The translations under genes and the position numbers were made by a program. Below are positions 15,201 through 27,200 of a DNA stretch of 64,000 nt, one piece after another. How positions within the stretch are numbered: position 1 is the first letter of the stretch; every line of letters starts with the position of its first letter. The DNA comes from Bugula neritina (Eukaryota > Animalia > Bryozoa). Location: positions 27,279,504 to 27,343,503 of the forward strand of contig OZ037765.1 in the NCBI GenBank assembly GCA_964035545.1, written 5' to 3'. The notes under the pieces were generated by a model. That model had not been told where the DNA came from. It saw only the letters and a program-made list of their open reading frames with translations, and did not search any database.

Positions 15201-18200
15201 AAAACAGAACATAAAAAGCATTTAAGAAAGTGTTAAGTATTACAAACCTGCCCAACTTAAATCAAATCTTTTTTATTTGACATTTTAGTAAGATTGTAAA
15301 TGAAGCAAACCACTATATCTGTTATCGAATTACAGTTAACCCTAATTAAGCATTCTTGTGTTTAAAGTATGTTATTAAACCATCCTGCCATGTGGATTTT
15401 TTAGGCACAACAATTTTTAATAGCTGGTATACAGCTCTCACACGTTCACCTTTATTGTGTGAAAGCCTAACTACTAACTTTTGTTCCTCTGTTACGTGGT
15501 GTGTTGCCACGCATAGGTGGGGGAGATGTCACAGGTGGGGGAGATGTCACAGGTGGGGGAGATGTTACAGGTCGGGGAAATGTCACAGGTGGGGGCGATG
15601 TCACAGGTGTCCTAGATGCAGCTGGCAGCAGAAGTATTGATTCGGACCTTGATGATGTGGAAGATGGTTGTGAAGAATCACCTTGACTACTTCCATCATC
15701 CATCATCTGATTTCTATCCTAAACTCATATTATTATGTGAAATAATTAACAACCTATTAATAAATAATGTATGTTTACATCGATTTGCATACTACCACAA
15801 TCACTACTGTTGCTTACCTCAGCAATAAGGTTGGAGTGCGAGCTCCTAGTTTTTAGAGTTGGCAAAAGAAAGAGCATCTGCTCGTAATATGGGTATGTTT
15901 TTTTGTTGCGCTCCTCTCCACCAGCTCCAGACGGCTGATGAAAGCGCCTTTTGTGCTCCTGTTAAAAATCATAGTACCTGTATGAATATTAATTTAAATA
16001 TCATTTAAATTTTCTCATTCCAAATGCAGTGAGTATAAAATTATATTAAATTACCTTTGCAAAGTAAGTTCTATTGGTTTTGTGAAGAGTCTGAAGCTCT
16101 TCAGCCGATATTCCAACAAGAGCTGCCAGGTCAGCCCAAGCCCTCTTCTTGGCATCCTTGTTTGAATAAACCTTACTACGGTTATCCCACAGAGCAGGAA
16201 ACTTCTCCAAGTTGTCGACATATTTTTGAGTAATCTCTGAATCGTACATGATGAGGTATATATATTACAGCAGGCAGCACCGAACTGACTGCTGCCACCA
16301 ATCACGATCATATTTATGTTGAAAAACGGCCGTCTTGGAGCTAACTTAGCAATTAGCAAAAACTCACAATCATATTTATGTTGAGAAAACGGCCGTCTTG
16401 GAGCTAACTTATTAACAAAAACTCACAATTATATTTATGTTGAGAAAACGGCCGTCTTGGAGCTAACTAAATTACTAACGAAAATTCACGATCAGTGCAA
16501 ATCTGTTCTTTCAACAAAAATTGAACTATAAAGTTGAGATGCTAATATTAGTTACTTAAATATAAAAATTAAAACTAAAAGTTATAAATTGTATTATAAA
16601 TGAGTAAAAGTTGAGAGTAATGCCAGTGTTCTATTTAAAAAAGCAATATGTTTATTCTGATGTTCTAATAAATAAAAATTGCGTTGTTATTACTACTAGT
16701 ACTACTTCGATTGATAGTTATTTTTATATTTGTATTTCATATATGATGCATCGTAGTGATAGCAACGTACTAATTACTTCCTAGTTGTATTTCAACAATG
16801 GTGTTAACTTCGCTCGCTGTCATGATTTTCTGCCAGCTTTTGATTGGCTGGTTCAACAGAAAATCGCCCGATAAATTGAACATGTTCAATTCTGAAAATC
16901 GCTACAAAAATCTGCCAAAAGCAAAATCAGCCGATTTTTCAAAAATCCTAAAAAATCGCTAACAGTTTATCGGCCGATTTTCATGAAAAATCGACCTGTG
17001 TACATGTAGCTTAAGGGAGCACTTTAATTTGCTATTGGAATGAGATGTACAGCTTTGTCTGGTATTGAATACAATGTAGTTGACGTAACAGCAACCACAG
17101 TTTGTAGGTGAAACAATTCCAAGTGTCGAATGGAATTTTTTATAAGGTCAGACGAGAAAACATCAAGCTACACAACAAACAGTAGGTGCACTGTAGTAAG
17201 AAATTTCCCCTACTACTGATGCTGCCATATACCCATCTGCACACAATTTCAGTTCACTGCCTGGCAGCTATTTAATAGATGACAGGGTCATCCATTAAAT
17301 AGCTGCCAGTCAGTTAGCATTACAATCACATCATTGTTTACTTTATGGAAATAGATTCCATAGGGGATTGTAGCCAGCTTTCAGGGCGGGTTTACACGTG
17401 ATAACACAAGCGCTCAGCACACGGGGACTATGAATCACTATAATATTCATCGGATTACGTATGGACAAACCTTAGATAACCAGCATTCTACATTAGAGAG
17501 ACAACTCCAAGTGCTTAGAAGTGTCCCAAAATAGGCAGAAGGAAGACAATATTGAATCAGCATAACAAGATTAGCCCAAAAACTGGCAGCTTCTAATCAA
17601 ATTCAGAAGTAATGGCTGCAGGCAACAATTTACACATTGTTGGCGATAATTACATCAGTTGAAAACCGACTATCACCATACAGTAAGGCCAGATAACAAA
17701 GTAGTGATTGCTAACTAATATTTGGTTAGCAAACACAAAAATTAATGTCTATACATCTACAGATAATTATTGAGGGATATTTGATTCTATTATAGGAAGT
17801 GTAGATTGAAGAGGAATAATAGGCCATTGTCTGGGAGAGTATCAATACTGATCATCAGCAGATAGTTGAGTACCACCCATATAGCAGGCAGCGTTGAATA
17901 CAGTCACCTCACATGGAGATGGTGCGGCATCATTTGCTTTGTTGAGTTGTGTATCACTTTTTAGCTCAGAACTGACCAAGAATTATGTTGACTATTACTG
18001 AAAAAGATCAGAGAATACTTATGGTACAAAAACATGGTGAATTTGGTAACAACTCTGCCTCTCCCTTGAAACCACTAACAGCAGATGCTGTTGTGAGAAT
18101 AATCAACATCCAATGATACATGTAGACCCCGTTTTGTACTACGATCAGAGGTAGCTGGAGATGGTGAAAGTTCAAAATACTGAGGAATTTCATCTGATAA

Positions 18201-21200
18201 ACATTGAATGTGATTATATAGTCATTACTATGTAAACAATATAATGACAGTGCCATAGCAGGACACCTCTCATCTGGGACCACTTGCTGCACCATTAGAT
18301 ATACAGAGTTTAGCAATTCTCCAAGCATGCAGATATAGTTCTGCAATCTAAGTGCTTTTTTCAGTTGAAATTCTACAGTATCAAACCATGACTTGCAACG
18401 CACTACCTACACGTGAGGTTCTGATACACAAAACACTTCGAGTTTTGAATTTATATGTGATTTAATAAGTGGATGGGTGTAATTTAATACCCATAACTCA
18501 GGTGTGTTACTGGCAATAGGGACACAATAACTAAATTCAGCAAAAGCCAAAAACAGTCACCATCCTTTCTATGTTAAACATATTCTCAAGGCTTTCAGTA
18601 AATAAATATTGATTTACACATATCTCAAGTTTATAGCATGAAGAAAAAGCTTTTGTGCTTGTGAGTGGGCAGTTGAAATTACAAAACTTTCAACTTCTGT
18701 TAAATATAGCAAAAAATTAATCGCTTTTCCTATGCAGTGTTTGTTAAGTCAACATAGATCAACGTATTGTTTATATGCTACATAATTACATAAACAAACT
18801 GTATTGTTTTCGCCCACTGTGAATATTGTATTATAAGGACAACTGTACACAAACCCAAGGTGTGGTGCGACTTTTTTCTGCTGCTTTCAAAGCTCTATAC
18901 AGCACTGAGAAGTTTCATTACTATGAAATGTGTGACGGGAGAAAATGGGGAATCATTATTAGCCTAAAGAGCGTAAAATATCTTCTCTCCCATGCATGAT
19001 AACTTGGCAATGAAAATGGCTAATATGCCAATACAAACTTATTTTTAAAAATAAACATTAGTGAAATTAATGTTTTTATACTGCAAGTTAATGTAGCACA
19101 TCAAAAACATCTTATTCACAAAGTATAATGTCACTGTGAGCACGTAAATAAAACTTAAGGGTATAGCTTCATTAGTCCATTTTTTCAATAAGCATTAAAA
19201 TAAGCTAAATATCATATTTCGTGAAAATTGAAAATAAAATTTTGAGTTTTAGAACAGTTTTACAAAAACGCAACCCCTAGGCTTGATAATAACGTCTCCT
19301 GTAGAACACAAACTGTGTAGTCATTAAAGTTAAACAAGCATTCTGTAGAAAGCGTCGTGCATAATGAAATACATAGGAGACGCTATACAATCATTTTAAA
19401 CTTTATATTTTCTGAAGAATAGTAATTTTAAAGACTGTATCAAGCAGGTATGCTTAGATTCAGTAAATTGCTCATTGCAATTAGCTTATACCATTTCCTC
19501 TTGTTAACAAAAACTCATATTTTAAAATTATATTCTGACTTTTCATTAACTGCCAGCTGGAATTGATTAATACTCTCCAAGTGAAACTACCAGCCATGGA
19601 TACAAACACAAATATCACGGGCTGGCGTGACTTCATGTTTCTTGTTGGAATTACTACAAACCTGGGCATCAGGGGACAAACTTAGTGACTTGGATGACAT
19701 TTTGTAAACATTTTATCAATAGTGGTAGAAGAGAAGTAGCTGACCTAGATAATGCAAGGTGAAAAGGAGGCTTCTGTCCTGATTCGATGCCAACTAATAT
19801 CTCTGGCCGCAGAACAAAGAGCCCTTTGATGTTGGTGAAACACAGTCAACCAGTAATAAAATCACTGGGTGAACCTTGCAAGTAATACGTTATATAATAA
19901 GGTCAAGCTGCAAAGGCCAAATATCTCAGCAATCTATCAAACAAAACTACCTCAATAAAAATACACAGCAGCAGAGATCAGGGGGCAGCAGAAATGAAGA
20001 TGCATCATTGACAAGCTGGGACTTCACGCTATTTCACTTAATTACAAGTTGTAAGCCTATATATGTGTAGCTGATGACTTGCAGCTTGCTATTATATTAT
20101 ATTATGCTATACACTACTATTAGGAACTCTATTGAACAAGCTAGAACCTCAAGTCTATTTGTTATAAATAAGGCTTATCCATGTTGTGTAGAGCTACTAC
20201 AAAAATATGTTAGTTTCGCTTGGATTCTACTAGTTATGATCAGTGCTGCTGTATTGCACCTAAAAGTTATCTAGTACTTAGACAGGAAATTAGTCACACT
20301 GTACTATATCTACCTGATGCATAAGCTCTAATCAAACAATGATAGTGACACAAATATAACGCAACAGTCACAGTTGGCGCTAAGATAGGCCACTCTGTCA
20401 CAGCTGAATATGTAGCCAACAATCTACTGGGTTTAAATTTCATGTATTGTCTGTCACCTGAAAGGTATGCTGCAGCTGTTTAGTCATATTATAACCTGTG
20501 GTCATGCCTTTTTTACACGTACAAGCATAACTTGCACAATTTTGGAGGTAGGTGCAGTAATGGAGAAATTGAGAAAAGCCTGTGTTCTAGATTAGAAATG
20601 TAGCGTAAGAAGTTATTTTGGCTTTGCTTTTGTTATGAATATTGCATTTATGTCTCGTGATTAGAAATTGAAGGTGGGGTTAGTGCATATATTAAAACTA
20701 CTGATAAATGTTGGAACAGGGCTGTACTTGTCACAATTGCACTAATTCTGTAAATTCCATGCAGTGTGCCCTGACTGGAGAATTACTGTATAGCAATATG
20801 GTTTACACTGTACACCTATACAATGTATTCTTTATTACAACCCCCTGGATCACAGATGCAAGTGATTTCTTTACTAATCAGTTTAATTAGACAAAGGGTT
20901 TATGTCTTATCAGATAACTGGCAGCACAACTAAGGTTATCAATGAGTCAGTAGTCAGCATGTGGAGGATGAACATATGGCAGCAGAGAGATAATCCAGCG
21001 CGAGATTACACTGTAAACCATCATTAGCACGGAGTAACAGGCGCGTTATACTCCCAGCAATAAAACGCTATAGTAGCCTGACTTTATTTATTATTAGCAG
21101 ACTGCAAATGATTACTAAAATGCCAAAAAGCTGAAAGACAAAAGAAAACAAGAAACTACTCAGTGGCACAATGCCGCAATTGTTAGCATTATCTTTTATC

Positions 21201-24200
21201 AGTTAGATGGAAAGTTAACAGCAAACAAAAGCAAAATCAAATCTTTTCAGCAGCTCCAAATTACAGCTTGCAACAAGTCTTTTTTCACCTGAGATAGGGT
21301 ATTGAATACTAGCTGTACATTCCGGGGGTTTTAGACTGAAAGTGATGTTTCAGTCAGTTAAACTAAGAGAAATGACCGACTACAAACATGAAAGAAATAT
21401 CTTCCACTGATCAAACACAAAGTTGTACAAAACTGAAATTTTACACTAAAGAATCAACTGCTCTAATCTATAAGATAAATGAAGCATTTCCAGTTCCACG
21501 TTGACGGAATACTTTGTGTCAATAGAACGCTGATCCATGAAATGACACATTGGAAATGCTAGTCCAGTTTCAGGAAATGAGGAATATAAGTAAATAGTAC
21601 AGCAACTAAGCATACAATTCTCAAAGCTAATAAAATTGATTTGTAGTACAGGTGGTTGTTGTGGGCTGCCGTGATAACAGCTTTTGTTATGCAAGTTCAG
21701 TTGCCCCTGAGTGTGAATTGGTTGAGGGAAGGATTCTGCTGAGGACAGGAGAGGGAAAGTCGCGATATGGCAGTACCATTCAATAGCAGCAAAACCCAAC
21801 TTCAGTACCTCAGATGCTTATTTTTAATAGAATTAGTTATAGCATTCACTCAAACGATTTATTAAAGGAAGGGGGGGGGGCATGTCTGTGTAACGTAGGC
21901 AGTTGGTTTGTTTTGAGTGCTGGAATATGATGACGACTTAAATCTATGCACCTTGCTGCCAATCATAAAATGAGTTTTGATTGAAAAACTAAAGCTCTCA
22001 TTAGATTAGATTAGCAATTTCATGCCATGCTATCCTGCACTAACAGTGGTAGGTGAATACTAACTTGCAGCGAACTTACATAAATATCATCACTGTTTGT
22101 TTAAAGATGGCATGCCTACTAATTGCTCTTCCTGGTAACTAAAAATGTGACATGTTGCTTTAATAGGTCAATCGCCACCTGCATTTATTCATGGCTGTGA
22201 TGATTACATAACAATTTTTTTCAGTCTGGAAGCTTAGGGCCTGTTTAAATTGGGCCATTTCCATGAAAAACATAGCTGTTTAAACTAGCATCACAGAAAT
22301 GGACAGGTACACATTTGAGATGGTACTCGTTTCTAATTTGTCTATTCAATAGGGGTAACGTTGTGTACAGCTGTTATTAAGCTATTTTTACAGTAAAGAA
22401 ATATCCTTGTTTGTACATAAGTTCTAAAATGTCCAGCCCATTACGAAACTGATTGCTGATGTCAAAGAGTTTTTGACTGTGTAAAACATCACCAGTTTGG
22501 AAAATACAATGTTTATTGTGGAAACTTCTAAGGTGGAGAGGCCATAAAATTTTTAGAACATGAAAACTCTGACTGCTAGCAAAGAAGCTTGAAAAGATGA
22601 TAGACTAAAAACCGCTAGACCAGCAGCAGCTACTTTATTGTAGTTTGTTCCTCAGGGTTTATTATTTATTATTATAATATCCTAGCATCACATTAACCAA
22701 GTAAAATTGAGGAGTTTTAGCTTATCTGGCGAAGTTGAAAGAAAATTTAAAAGAATAGGCACTGTTTAATACTTTATACTAGAATCTCCAGTGTAGACTA
22801 TACAGGTAGCGTTCATGTTTATATATTAATATTGCCATAAAGAATGTTGACAGGTTGGCTGAAGTATCTCTATAAATTGAATAATGATATTGATCATATC
22901 ATGTAGCAAATGACCGCGTGAAAGTGATAGTTTCATAGTACAATGAAGAATTCCAAGTGCTTTGAAACTTGAAAATGCTGGATGGTATTTTTTCAGAAAA
23001 AAGCACAGCAAGAGATATTTAGAGCAGACTGTGAGTATAACGCAGCTTGAAAATAACCACAATAAAAATTCTAAACAGTAACACAAGATTTTATTATAAA
23101 TACTAATACTGATAGTAATAGTATTATAGTAATAGTAATACTATCAAAAATGAGTAACTGTAATGGAGGCTGATGACACTAACTGGTAAGAAAAGCAACT
23201 AAAGTTTGGCCTACCTCCCAGATAGGTTGTGAATCTCCACACAGAACTATTATCTCCATACCCAGCTTCATTCTCAGCCCTAACCTACAGAATTAATAAT
23301 ATTGTAATGCTTTAATAACTCACCAGCAGGCTCAGTAGTGGAGGTGGTAGCAGACGTACTGATACTTGAGACTAAGGCATCCTCGACAGCAGTTGACTGA
23401 CACATTGACAAATCGGCAGACGAAAATAACAATAAAATAGTTATGAAAGTCCAAACAGCCATGATAGGTAAGATTTTAGCTTTTAATCTGCATTTGCACT
23501 CATCAACAAACTGATGCTCCTGCAAGTAACACTTCGCAGACGAATATGTATTCTACGTTATAATCACTGTCATTACTATACGCCGTAGAGTTAGGAGTGA
23601 CCTTTGACCGCGTGGAAACTGTAGCACAAGGAGCTTGAAGAGCCAATCACCATGCGATATCCATCGCATGCTTTATAAGTAGTAAAATATGTACTATAAT
23701 CTATATAAACTAAAGCACGATAAATTAACTAAGGGAGGAAGGCGAACAGCTCTTAAAAATCAATATTATATGTATACAGCGAAAATAGACATGAAATGCA
23801 TAACATGACAAAATCATCAAGTAACGAAATCAATTAGAACTTGTAGATACAGCATAGCATCAATTATAAGGAAACAGTTAAACTGTTGAGCCATCTTCTA
23901 CAATATTAAAATAAAGGTTGCTAAGTTGCTTGACAAGAATTTCAGTCTATTCATAAACTTTGCAAAAAATGCACCATTCATTTAATATTTATACTCTTCA
24001 GCCTCACAAATGCTACATCAGGTAGAATATTTGTGACATTTCAAGGCCTACTAGCATACACTATTTAAATTACTTGCAGTTGAAATTTGTCTACATTCAC
24101 AACAACACAATATTTAATAAGTTAGAGATTTTACATCAAAATGTGGTGAGAGAAAGATACATAATCTTTATGGCATGAACAGTGACAGGTCAGTGAAGTT

Positions 24201-27200
24201 CACCACACCCAGTGTCTGCCACCACCAACAGTGACTCAAGTATCTCTATTCACAATTTCTTCTGAAATGTTAAGTTCATCTGAATCAATGAGCAGAGATA
24301 AGAAACTCTTCTTCAAACAGTTGGTTTGTTTACCCAAGTTGTGTTATTGAGAAACACTGGAATTAAAGCTGTGTTGGAAGCCAGTGGCATGAGGAATAGA
24401 TACAGTATCAACCAAACACAGCTTGTGACTTGATAATATGTGAATCATAGCCGATAAGTTCAACTTGAAGAATAAGTTTAGTCATGATCATAGAATGCAC
24501 TCCAGTGTATATAGTTAAAGAGTTGAAAGCCATTGAATTGGGCTTCAAGTGTTTGTTAATTGATTTGTTAATAATAAATGCAACTAAACATGGTTACATT
24601 ATCTCATAACTAAAAATTCTTCACTCGAAAAACTTGTGAAATCTTATTGATGAATAGGTCATCAAATATTCATGGACTGCAGTAACTGTGCACCTGCTAC
24701 ATATTGTAAAAATATACTGGTATAATATACAGTTATGATTTATTAGGTTATTAGGTTAATAATGCTGCCAATATTCAGCTTGAGTCATGTTATTACAAGC
24801 TATTAGATCATAATTAGGTATGATTTACTGGCAGCCAACTACCACCAGCACTCTCTAGAAAGGCGTAGCTGGATAGCCATCTTGAAGAACAGACTCTAAA
24901 GTTAAAAGTCTCACATACTTGTGAGAACTATGAATATATGATCATCAGCCATCTTTGAAAGCCATAATTTCATTGGCATGGTCATTGCAAAAAATTTAAT
25001 ATTTTTTGCCTGCATGATATAAATAGGCTATAGACCATAGGGTTTGATGCATATTATAGAATGTATACCAGATTTAGATTAAATGTGGTGATGGAAGCTA
25101 AACACATCAACAACTTGGGGAGAAAAGTTGAAATTCCATTATTTACCATCATTATAATAGTTTTAAAAGGGATGCATAAACAGTGCTCAATGTGTTACTT
25201 AGAAGAGAAAATACCAAGCCTGCAATATCTACCATGTCATATATAAGTGAAATGTCCATGTTTTCCAAAGCTAGCACAAGGAGATTACTACTTGTGATTG
25301 GTATAAGTGCTACAGATCAGCCAATGAAGTCGCATGTATATTAGGAGCCGTAACAGCACTGTTCAGAAAAACACCTTTCATAAAGGGTAAACATGGAACT
25401 TGTAGAAGGTTGGAAGAATTCAGGTCTAGTGAATAAGGTATTTTGGTATTTGGAAAGCAGCACCCGATAATGCAGATTGTTTATGAAGTAATATAAATAG
25501 AAATTGAGCCACACGTTTAAATTAGGTCTTTAGAATAGTCTACAAGGATTTTATTTGAAGAGAGGATAACTATCCATTATGACTGAAAATACAACTTCTA
25601 AAACACCTTCATTACTCCAGTCTAACTAATACATATCTGAGTAAAGTAAATCTTATACGTACCATAATATCATAATTAGTATCCATTCGCAGATTGCTAA
25701 TAGTGCAATGACCGCGTGTGCTTTGAACCTTACAAGCCTCTTCAAATGCTAGGAATTTTGGGCGCTTGAAAAATACCTAAAATAATATACATACATTATA
25801 GTAAACTTCTAGCCACCGGATAATAGTATGCTTGTATAACTAACGCAGTATTTTATCACGTAAATTCTACAGTTTAGGATTTTATAAATTTACAGCCCTC
25901 TAAAAATGAAAAGCTAGAGCTTATGATGAAGAACCTTACAAAGAGGAAAATTAGAGTATAAAAATAGATTTCCTCAAAGTAAAGAGAAGTGCAGACAGAA
26001 GAGCTCACTTTACGTAATTTATATCGGAACAAGGCCAATAATTTAAAACTTTTAAGCTGGAAGTACATTCCCCTTTATTACTGAAATATTATGATTATTA
26101 AATAGTCTTTAATCATGGTTAACTGCCACAATTATAATATTTCCAGAAGCAATTCATGTCTGAGTCTTAAAGAGTATATATCAGATTTGAAAGTTTGGCA
26201 AAATATGTTTATTTTTATGAAACTTATACGCACAACCAACAAATAATAATATAAACACCCATTTTCAATGTATAAAGATGCAGACCTTAAACAGATGCAA
26301 GAAGTATTACTCATGTCTACAATAGTTGCAGCATATATAGTACCTGGTAAGTTGTTATTTGACCATGAGGATACTGTGGTTTGTCCCAGTAAACTCTGGC
26401 AGAGTTCTTACTAACCATATATACTCCAGTTACTGTACAGGCGTCTGGGGCTGAAAGAAAATACAGAAAAGAGTTGATGGAACTCCTACATTAGCTAGTT
26501 GATACTTAGGTACTTGTCATAATGTAGAGAGAGCAAGCTAACAGTTACATATTATACAAATGACATAACACCTCAAACCCAGTGAATTTTTTTTCTGTAT
26601 TCAACACCAGATTCCTTCAAATAATTATTCTCAAAAAGTTAATTCACATTTATAAAATGAATATCATAACATCTATATAAAGTTTGAAGGCATAGCGTTA
26701 ACTGAATATAATTATTAGTGTAGTCACTAAATAATAATAAACACTTTATATATATATATGAAGTTGGCTGCCCCTGACTTACTTATAATCCCGGCATCTA
26801 ACTATCATCCTAGAATAATCCTATAATGTGGGATAAAGTTCAATCAAAGTAGATTATTTTTAATAAATACCTGTTTTTAAAAACAGTAAAATTTCAATTC
26901 ATCATTACTATTAAAAATTTGTAACTACTTCACTAGATTACAAGTGAGCAAAGACAAATTTTTGAGTTATCTTCTCTATTTTTACAAACATTAAACTGAA
27001 ACACTTCTTTCCAACAACTAGAGTTAAATATAAAAATCAAAAATAGGACTATTCATTACATAACAAGCTCTCTGAAAACTTACGTGCTGGAGGAGTTCTT
27101 TCCAGGACAAGTCTATGCCTATCACTTTCATACCCTTCATTGTTGGTATAACTGAGCAGCACTGTGTACAGAGAGTATGGCTCAACTAATGTAGACAAGG

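Larger units (their letters stand above)
11716..17011. mobile_element. Autonomous-type PIF/Harbinger DNA transposon (5296 bp) inserted in PTP intron 11149-23214
   Basis: Perfect 15-bp TIRs AGCTACATGTACACA (11716-11730) and TGTGTACATGTAGCT (16997-17011); 3-bp TAA target-site duplication (11713-11715 and 17012-17014); encodes a DDE transposase and a convergent Myb/SANT(MADF) protein, the two-gene layout diagnostic of this superfamily. Confidence 0.96.

Noticed and set aside
16302-16494. CRISPR-like appearance of regularly spaced repeats (also 808-889 and 27832-28025)
   Set aside because: No unique spacers, no cas genes, and a eukaryotic context; these are simple tandem repeats.
11716-17011. 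Domesticated HARBI1/NAIF1-like host gene pair, or a functional link to the nearby UHRF1
   Set aside because: Perfect TIRs and a TSD indicate a mobile element; proximity to UHRF1 (about 35 kb) has no supporting evidence.
11600-17170. Transposon disrupting a PTP exon
   Set aside because: The reconstructed empty site is not convincingly coding, and flanking exons 23215-23284 and 11039-11148 join in frame, so the insertion is intronic.
17320-23090. Nested gene in the rest of the 12-kb intron (ORFs 18008-18403, 21446-21799 and others)
   Set aside because: No recognisable domains and no consistent exon chain on either strand; a homology search could still find decayed repeats.
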